A stretch of DNA of 12,790 bases from Polyangiales bacterium (GTDB taxonomy: Bacteria; Myxococcota_A; Polyangia; Polyangiales; Houyiibacteriaceae): assembly GCA_045106895.1 (NCBI GenBank), contig JBGCFM010000288.1, positions 1 through 12,790 of the forward strand, in the 5' to 3' direction. Shown here piece after piece: positions 6,991 through 12,790 of this stretch. The position numbers and the translations under genes were made by a program. The notes under the pieces were generated by a model. That model saw only the letters and a list, made by a program, of their open reading frames with translations, was not told where the DNA came from and searched no databases. The stretch's first letter is position 1, and every line of letters begins with the position of its first letter.

Positions 6991-8418
6991 ATGTCGAAGC
7001 ACTCCGATTCCGCGTTGCTCACAGACCTGTACCAGCTGACCATGGCGTGTGGCTACCACGCACATGGTCGGCACTTGGATCGAGCCTGCTTTCACCTCTT
7101 TTACCGGCGCGCTCCCTTCGGCGGCAGCTACGCCATCGCCGCGGGACTCGGTCGCGCCCTCGAGTGGCTCGAAGGTCTGCACATTGAAGCCGAAGAGGTG
7201 GAGTACCTCCGCTCTCTTGGGCGCTTTCCAGACGCGTTCCTGGACTTGCTCGCGGGCGCCGAGTTTACCCTCGACGTCGCGGCGATGCCTGAAGGGACCC
7301 TCGCATATCCGCATCAGCCCATGTTGCGCGTCGAAGGGCCGCTCTGGCAGGCACAGTTGGTCGAGACGGCGTTGCTCAACATGGTGAACTTCGAAACGCT
7401 CATCGCGACGAAGTCAGCGCGCGTGTGTGACGCCGCGCGAGATGACAAAGGCGAGCGGGAGTCCGTGCTTGAGTTTGGACTAAGGCGCGCCCAAGGACCC
7501 GACGGCGCTCTTTCGGCTTCGCGCGCCGCGTACCTCGGTGGCTGCAGCGCAAGCAGTCACGTCCAAGCCGGCGCGAAGTACGGCATCCCCATCGCGGGTA
7601 CCCACGCGCACTCCTGGGTGATGACCTACGGCAACGACGAAGAGGCGTTCCGCCGATACGCCGAGGTGTTTCCGAACTCCAGCGTGTTCTTGGTCGACAC
7701 CTTCGACACCGAAGAGGGCGTCGCCACCGCCATCCGCGTGGCCAAGGAGATGCGGGCTCGAGGCGAAGAGCTACGCGGCATCCGCCTCGACTCCGGCGAC
7801 CTTTGCGCGCTTTCGATTCGGGCCCGCGCGATGCTGGACGAAGCGGGCTTCGACAAGGTGCAGGTCGTCGCCAGCAACGACCTCGACGAGTACCGCATCG
7901 CGGAACTAAAAAAGGGCGGCGCGCGCATCGATGTTTGGGGCGTGGGCACGCGCTTGACCACGGCCTTCGACCAACCGGCCCTCGGCGGCGTCTACAAGCT
8001 CGGCGCGGTCCAAGTGAAGGGCGAATGGGAAGCTCGGATGAAGTTTGGTCAGAGACCGATCAAACGCTCGATCCCGGGTCGCCTGCAGGTGAGACGCGGA
8101 GCGACGATGGATGTCATCGAGCGAGTGGGCGAGGCGGCGACGGGAACGGCTTACCATCCGGAAAGCGACGAGAGCCACGCCGTCGATGACGAGCTTCACT
8201 CGCTCTTGGTGGACGTGATGCGCGAGGGGCGACGAACAGAAGCCGCCGCGGACGCGACGGACTTGAAGGCAGCGCGTGGGCGCGCCATCCGCGCCGTGGA
8301 TTCCCTGCCGGCAGCGCAGCGACGACATGAGTCACCGGAGGCGCGATTCGTCGGCATGGAAGAATCACTGGCGGCGGAACGAAGGGGCTGGACACACAGC
8401 CAGAAGAAGAGCGGATGA
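6991..8418 (+). CDS. pncB: Nicotinate phosphoribosyltransferase
   Basis: [36 protein letters not shown] (phospho-His motif), LVDTFD, IRLDSGD, ASNDLDE, GVGT, GGVYKL. Start placed at ATG 6991 because the 7 codons from ATG 6970 are exactly the operator palindrome. Confidence 0.95.
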   Translation: MSKHSDSALLTDLYQLTMACGYHAHGRHLDRACFHLFYRRAPFGGSYAIAAGLGRALEWLEGLHIEAEEVEYLRSLGRFPDAFLDLLAGAEFTLDVAAMPEGTLAYPHQPMLRVEGPLWQAQLVETALLNMVNFETLIATKSARVCDAARDDKGERESVLEFGLRRAQGPDGALSASRAAYLGGCSASSHVQAGAKYGIPIAGTHAHSWVMTYGNDEEAFRRYAEVFPNSSVFLVDTFDTEEGVATAIRVAKEMRARGEELRGIRLDSGDLCALSIRARAMLDEAGFDKVQVVASNDLDEYRIAELKKGGARIDVWGVGTRLTTAFDQPALGGVYKLGAVQVKGEWEARMKFGQRPIKRSIPGRLQVRRGATMDVIERVGEAATGTAYHPESDESHAVDDELHSLLVDVMREGRRTEAAADATDLKAARGRAIRAVDSLPAAQRRHESPEARFVGMEESLAAERRGWTHSQKKSG

Positions 8419-9353
8419 TGATGAACCAGCGACCCACCCTTGTGTTTAGCACCGAGCGCTACGAGTACATGGCCGCGGAGCTCCGCGAGCTGTCTGGCTA
8501 TGGCCGCGGCGAAGTGGAACGAAACGAGTTCCCGGACGGAGAGCACTACCGCCGCGTGGCGAGTGACGTCGCCGGGAAAGACGTTGTCCTCCTCGGCGGC
8601 ACCGTCAACGACGCCGATACCCTCGAGCTTTACGATCTGGCGTGCGCCATCGTGCATGGCGGCGCGCATATGCTGACGCTCGTGCTGCCTTGGTACGGCT
8701 ACCAGACGATGGAGCGCGCCATCCGCCCTGGCGAGGTGGTGGTCGCAAAAACACGCGCGCGTCTGCTTTCGAGCATTCCCATCGCCGGCTCGGGCAACCG
8801 AGTCGTTCTCGTGGACCTTCACTCCGAAGGCATCACGCAGTACTTCAGCGGTAATATTTGGCCGGTTCATCTCTACGCCAAGCCGCTCATTTTGCCGCTG
8901 ATTCGAGAGCTCGGCGGCGATGACTTTGTCCTCGCGGCGACGGACGCGGGCCGGGCGAAGTGGGTGGAGTCCCTTGCCAACGACCTGCGTGTGGACGCAG
9001 GCTTTGTGTTCAAGCGTCGAATGAGCGGTGACCAGACTGAAGTCACGGCGCTCGCGGCGGACGTCGAAGGCAAGAACGTGGTGATCTACGACGACATGAT
9101 TCGTACCGGTGGCTCTCTCATCGGCGCAGCGCGCGCATTTCGCGACGCGGGAGCCGCGAAGATCTCGGCGGTCTGCACCCACGCGGTGCTGCCCGGCGAC
9201 GCGCTCGGGCGTATTGAATCAACGGGACTCTTCGACGCCGTCGCGTGCACCGACAGTCATGCGCGCGTCCGCGACATAGACAACGACTTCTTACGAGTGG
9301 CGCCCCTTGCGCCGCTTTTGTGGACCCATCTTCAGGGAGGAATCGAACGATGA
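8415..9353 (+). CDS. prs: Ribose-phosphate pyrophosphokinase (PRPP synthetase) family protein, atypical variant
   Basis: [44 protein letters not shown] (PRT loop), CTHAVL. Three in-frame ATGs (8415, 8418, 8421) overlap or abut the pncB stop; exact start uncertain. Confidence 0.92.
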   Translation: MMMNQRPTLVFSTERYEYMAAELRELSGYGRGEVERNEFPDGEHYRRVASDVAGKDVVLLGGTVNDADTLELYDLACAIVHGGAHMLTLVLPWYGYQTMERAIRPGEVVVAKTRARLLSSIPIAGSGNRVVLVDLHSEGITQYFSGNIWPVHLYAKPLILPLIRELGGDDFVLAATDAGRAKWVESLANDLRVDAGFVFKRRMSGDQTEVTALAADVEGKNVVIYDDMIRTGGSLIGAARAFRDAGAAKISAVCTHAVLPGDALGRIESTGLFDAVACTDSHARVRDIDNDFLRVAPLAPLLWTHLQGGIER

Positions 9354-11326
9354 GCTCAATCGGCCGCGTGCACTACGGAGTAGGAATCCTCAACCAGACG
9401 CCTTTCGCTTGGGACGCCAACGAGCGGAACATACGCCGGGCCATCGACGAAGCCCGCGCCGCGGGCGTGCAGGTGCTTTGTCTGCCAGAGCTGTGCATCA
9501 CGGGCTACGGCTGCGAGGACATGTTCCACGCGTCGGCGCTCCACGACACGGCGTGGGAGCGCATGATCGCTATCGCGCCAGCGACGAAAGGAATGGCCGT
9601 TTGCGTCGGCTTGCCCGTGGAGCTTCGCGGCGCCGTGTACAACTGCGCCGCGCTCCTTGTGGACGGGGAGCTCATTGGCCTTGTGGCGAAGCGTTTCTTG
9701 GCCGGGGACGGCATCCACTACGAGCCGCGTTGGTTCAAGCCTTGGCCGGAAGGCGAGGTCACGAGCGTCCGCCGCGATGGACGCGAAGTGCCCATCGGCG
9801 ACCTCTCTTTCGACGTCGGCGGTTTGATGATCGGCTTTGAGATCTGCGAGGACGCGTGGGTCGCCCATCGGCCCGGCGCCCGCCTCTCGCTTCAGGGCAC
9901 GGACGTCATCATGAACCCGAGCGCGAGTCACTTCGCCTTTGGAAAACAGAACATTCGCCGCCGTCTCGTCCTGGAAGGCTCCCGCGCCTTTGGCGTCACC
10001 TATCTCTACGCGAACCTCCTGGGTAACGAGTCCGGCCGCGCGATCTTTGATGGAGGCGGGCTCATCGCCGCCGCCGGCGAGTTCTTGGCGGAGACACGAC
10101 GTTTCTCTTTTGATGACGTCAGCCTCGCGCACGTGGTCATCGATGTGAACACCACGCGCCTGGCTCGGGCTCGCTCGAGCAGCTTCCGGCCTGAGCCGGA
10201 AGGGGATGAAGTGGTGCGCTGCGACTTTGAGTGGAAGACATTGGCGCCGGACGGCTGCGTTCCACTGGAGCCGAAGGACTACAGCAAAGAAGAAGCCTTC
10301 GCGCGGACCGTCGCGCTGGGGCTCATGGACTACCTGCGCAAGAGCTACTCGAAGGGGTTCATCGTGTCGCTCTCCGGCGGCGCCGACAGCGCCGCATGCG
10401 CAGGTCTCGTTCGCCTCGCCGTCGACATTGGCGTCCGCGAGCTGGGCCTCGAGGGGTTTGCGAAACGCCTCTCACACATTCCGGCGCTGGCGGAGTGCAC
10501 GGACGCCGCGGGGATGACGAGTCGTCTCCTCACCACCGCATACCAGGCGACGAGGAACAGCGGGGATGTGACGAAGAACGCCGCCCGAGAGCTCGCGAAT
10601 GCTCTCGGCGCCGAGCACCACGAGCTCGACGTGGATGCGTTGGTCCAAGGGTATATCTCGCTGACGGAGGGTGCTCTGGGCAGGCCGCTTACCTGGGAGC
10701 AGGACGACATCACGCTTCAGAACATTCAGGCGCGTAGCCGCGGGCCGAGCATCTGGATGTTGGCGAACGTGAAGAACGCGATCCTCTTGGCGACGAGCAA
10801 TCGCTCCGAAGCCGCCGTTGGCTACGCGACGATGGATGGCGACACCTGCGGCGGTCTCTCGCCCATCGCGGGTATCGACAAGGCGTTCTTGCGACGCTGG
10901 CTCTCATGGATGGAGACGCAAGGCCTCGCCGAGAGCGGCGCGTGGCCTGCCCTCTCTTCGGTGACGGCGCAGACACCCACGGCGGAGCTTCGGCCTTCGG
11001 AGGAAGCCCAGACGGACGAAGGGGACCTGATGCCGTATCCGGTGCTGGACGCCATCGAACGCCACGCGATCCGCGACAAGAAGTTCCCGCAGGACACCTA
11101 CGAGATGATGCGCGCGGAGCACCCGGCGGTGTCGGCGGCGCAGATGAAGGCCTGGGTCACAAAGTTCTTCAAGCTCTGGTGTCGTAACCAGTGGAAGCGC
11201 GAGCGCTACGCGCCGAGCTTTCACCTCGACGACAAGAACCTGGACCCGAAGACATGGTGTCGTTTCCCGATCCTCTCCGGCGGCTTTGCCTTGGAGCTTT
11301 CGCGTCTTGCGGAGGCGCTCGATTGA
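9350..11326 (+). CDS. nadE: Glutamine-dependent NAD+ synthetase (nitrilase-like glutaminase + synthetase domains), 658 aa
   Basis: Glutaminase triad motifs [13 protein letters not shown]...[13 protein letters not shown]; synthetase motifs [42 protein letters not shown]. Start ATG 9350 overlaps the prs stop (ATGA) with SD GGGAGG at 9335-9340. Confidence 0.96.
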   Translation: MSSIGRVHYGVGILNQTPFAWDANERNIRRAIDEARAAGVQVLCLPELCITGYGCEDMFHASALHDTAWERMIAIAPATKGMAVCVGLPVELRGAVYNCAALLVDGELIGLVAKRFLAGDGIHYEPRWFKPWPEGEVTSVRRDGREVPIGDLSFDVGGLMIGFEICEDAWVAHRPGARLSLQGTDVIMNPSASHFAFGKQNIRRRLVLEGSRAFGVTYLYANLLGNESGRAIFDGGGLIAAAGEFLAETRRFSFDDVSLAHVVIDVNTTRLARARSSSFRPEPEGDEVVRCDFEWKTLAPDGCVPLEPKDYSKEEAFARTVALGLMDYLRKSYSKGFIVSLSGGADSAACAGLVRLAVDIGVRELGLEGFAKRLSHIPALAECTDAAGMTSRLLTTAYQATRNSGDVTKNAARELANALGAEHHELDVDALVQGYISLTEGALGRPLTWEQDDITLQNIQARSRGPSIWMLANVKNAILLATSNRSEAAVGYATMDGDTCGGLSPIAGIDKAFLRRWLSWMETQGLAESGAWPALSSVTAQTPTAELRPSEEAQTDEGDLMPYPVLDAIERHAIRDKKFPQDTYEMMRAEHPAVSAAQMKAWVTKFFKLWCRNQWKRERYAPSFHLDDKNLDPKTWCRFPILSGGFALELSRLAEALD

Positions 11327-12015
11327 GCGCAGCGGGGAACAAGGCGGCGTTGCCGCGTCTCGCGACGGACTGCGCCGTCTTCGGTTTGGACGACGCGGGC
11401 CTGAACATGTTGCTCATCGAGCGGGGCATCGCGCCACAGAAAGGTCGCTGGGCGTTGCCCGGGGGCTTTGTCCTCGCCGGAGAGAGCGTGGAAGAGTGCG
11501 CGCGCCGCGAGCTTCAAGAAGAGACGGGACTCGGCGAGGTGTTCCTGGAGCAGCTCTATACGTTTGGCGAGGTGAACCGTGACCCGCGCGGTCACGTCGT
11601 CAGCGTGGCGTACTACGCGCTGACGAACATCCGTGAGCATCATCTGGATGCCTCCACGGATGCTTCCGGGGCGGCTTGGTTTCCGGTGACGGATCTGCCG
11701 GACCTCGCCTTCGATCACAACACCATCGCCCAGGCCGCCTTGGAGCGCCTCCGCGGCAAAGCACGCTACCGGCCCATCGGGTTTGAGCTCCTCGCCAAGA
11801 CGTTCACCTTGAGCGAGCTCCAGTACCTGTACGAGACCCTCCTCGGGGAGGAGCTCGACAAACGAAACTTCCGCAAGAAGATACTCTCGCTGGGGATCCT
11901 CAAAGACACCGGAAAGATGGAACGAAACGGGCCTGGCAGGCCGGCTCGGCTCTATGCATTCGACGCGCGACGCTACCGGAAGCTGGAGCGCGAAGGGTTT
12001 GAGATGTGGATTTGA
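11323..12015 (+). CDS. nrtR: Nudix-related transcriptional regulator (Nudix + winged HTH), 230 aa
   Basis: [15 protein letters not shown]...[16 protein letters not shown]...RDPRG, LAFDH; C-terminal [11 protein letters not shown]...DKRNFRKKI...GRPARLY. In-frame TTG 11323 overlaps the nadE stop (TTGA) with SD GGAGG at 11311-11315. Confidence 0.93.
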   Translation: MSAAGNKAALPRLATDCAVFGLDDAGLNMLLIERGIAPQKGRWALPGGFVLAGESVEECARRELQEETGLGEVFLEQLYTFGEVNRDPRGHVVSVAYYALTNIREHHLDASTDASGAAWFPVTDLPDLAFDHNTIAQAALERLRGKARYRPIGFELLAKTFTLSELQYLYETLLGEELDKRNFRKKILSLGILKDTGKMERNGPGRPARLYAFDARRYRKLEREGFEMWI

Positions 12016-12023
12016 GAGCGACG

Positions 12024-12049
12024 CGAAGTGTGTCGTCGAAGAGTGTCGT
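12024..12049. repeat. 13-bp tandem duplication in the nrtR-pncA spacer
   Basis: CGAAGTGTGTCGT (12024-12036) followed by CGAAGAGTGTCGT (12037-12049), one mismatch. Confidence 0.7.
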
Positions 12050-12070
12050 CAATGAACGAAGGAGTCACAG

Positions 12071-12700
12071 ATGGAAGCGTTGATACTTGTCGATCTTCAG
12101 AACGACTTTTGCCCCGGCGGCGCCTTAGCCGTGGGCGAAGGCGACCTTGTGCTGCCCATCGCGAAGCGCTTGATGCCCACCTTTGAGCACGTCGTCGCCA
12201 CCCAAGACTGGCATCCGTCAGCGCACGAGAGCTTTGCCTCGCAGCACGAAGGGCACGCGCCGGGGCAGCTCATCGAGCTTCATGGACTTCCCCAGGTGCT
12301 CTGGCCGGACCATTGCGTTCAAGGCACCAAGGGCGCTGACTTTGCTCTCGATATCGGCGGCGCCCGTGTGTTTCAGAAGGGAATGCAGCCTGAAGTCGAT
12401 AGCTACAGCGGCTTCTTCGACAACGGTCGCCGTGGAGATACGGGCATGGCGGACTATCTGCGAGAGATCGGGATCAAGGACCTCTTTGTGATGGGCCTCG
12501 CCACGGACTACTGCGTTCGCTTTACCGTCCTGGATGCGCTGAGCTTAGGCTTCGGTGTCACTCTTCTCGCAGACGCTTGCCGCGGCGTGGGGCTTCAGCC
12601 TGGGGATGTCGACGCTGCGGTGCTCGCGATGAAAGAAGCGGGCGCACTGATCGGAACGAGTTCAAGCCACGCAAGGAAGGCATCGACCAAGCAAGCGTAA
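12071..12700 (+). CDS. pncA: Nicotinamidase/pyrazinamidase
   Basis: LILVDLQNDFCPGGALAV, TQDWHP, WPDHCVQGT, KG...DSYSGF, GLATDYCVRFT (Asp-Lys-Cys triad and metal ligands present); SD GAAGGAG at 12058-12064. Confidence 0.96.
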   Translation: MEALILVDLQNDFCPGGALAVGEGDLVLPIAKRLMPTFEHVVATQDWHPSAHESFASQHEGHAPGQLIELHGLPQVLWPDHCVQGTKGADFALDIGGARVFQKGMQPEVDSYSGFFDNGRRGDTGMADYLREIGIKDLFVMGLATDYCVRFTVLDALSLGFGVTLLADACRGVGLQPGDVDAAVLAMKEAGALIGTSSSHARKASTKQA

Positions 12701-12714
12701 ATCCAGTGAACGCG

Positions 12715-12738
12715 ACGGAGGAGGCTTCGCTTCCTCGT
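12715..12738 (+). terminator. Stem-loop downstream of pncA, possible terminator
   Basis: GAGGAGGC (12718-12725) TTC GCTTCCTC (12729-12736): 8-bp stem with one G-U, extendable by AC/GT past a bulge; no clean U-tract follows. Confidence 0.5.
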
Positions 12739-12790
12739 GTCTAGGTTCGGTTTCTGGTTCGCTTCCTCGTGTCTAAGTTCGGTTTCTGGT
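12726..12790. repeat. 32-bp head-to-tail tandem repeat, at least 2 copies, reaching the window end
   Basis: TTCGCTTCCTCGTGTCTAGGTTCGGTTTCTGG (12726-12757) and TTCGCTTCCTCGTGTCTAAGTTCGGTTTCTGG (12758-12789), one mismatch, no spacer; base 12790 (T) is compatible with a third copy. Confidence 0.9.

Noticed and set aside
8196..9182. 328-aa antisense ORF (also 9356..10132)
   Set aside because: Fully opposite well-supported pncB/prs/nadE genes and without recognisable motifs.
9245..9349. ORF-track N-terminal extension of nadE
   Set aside because: Overlaps prs by over 100 bp; ATG 9350 has an SD and a stop/start overlap.
11191..11322. ORF-track N-terminal extension of nrtR
   Set aside because: Overlaps the nadE 3' end; TTG 11323 has an SD and a stop/start overlap.
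777..12700. Whole window as one anti-phage or NAD-defence island
   Set aside because: No NADase effector (TIR, SIR2), mobile element or shared regulatory site is visible; the sigma54 module and the NAD operon have separate promoters, so adjacency may be incidental.
12726..12790. CRISPR array
   Set aside because: Repeat length fits, but the copies are directly adjacent with no spacer and no cas gene is in view.

Overview
GC-rich bacterial window; gene content and the DAG-rich lipoprotein linker suggest Myxococcota (inference). Left half: a 5' fragment (652 to the window edge, minus strand, absent from the ORF track) of a membrane-anchored Ig-like protein resembling the start of a bacterial alpha-2-macroglobulin, then a 1458-aa regulator fusing a Ser/Thr kinase-like domain, P-loop NTPase, TPR-like repeats, GAF, sigma54 AAA+ and Fis-HTH. 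Across a 150-bp AT-rich spacer carrying a palindromic enhancer-like site, an IHF-like site and a correctly spaced sigma54 -24/-12 promoter, it faces two coupled lipoprotein genes, the first with two Kunitz-like six-Cys repeats. Right half: an NAD+ salvage operon pncB-prs-nadE-nrtR-pncA with a 21-bp NrtR-type operator abutting the pncB start, followed by a hairpin and a 32-bp tandem repeat running off the window end. The gene families are mostly known. The best candidates for something new are (i) the self-contained sigma54 signalling module with its lipoprotein output and (ii) the speculative possibility that the operon, which has an atypical Prs and no adenylyltransferase, rebuilds NAD+ directly from ADP-ribose and nicotinamide. 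All calls are from motif reading only; no searches were run.
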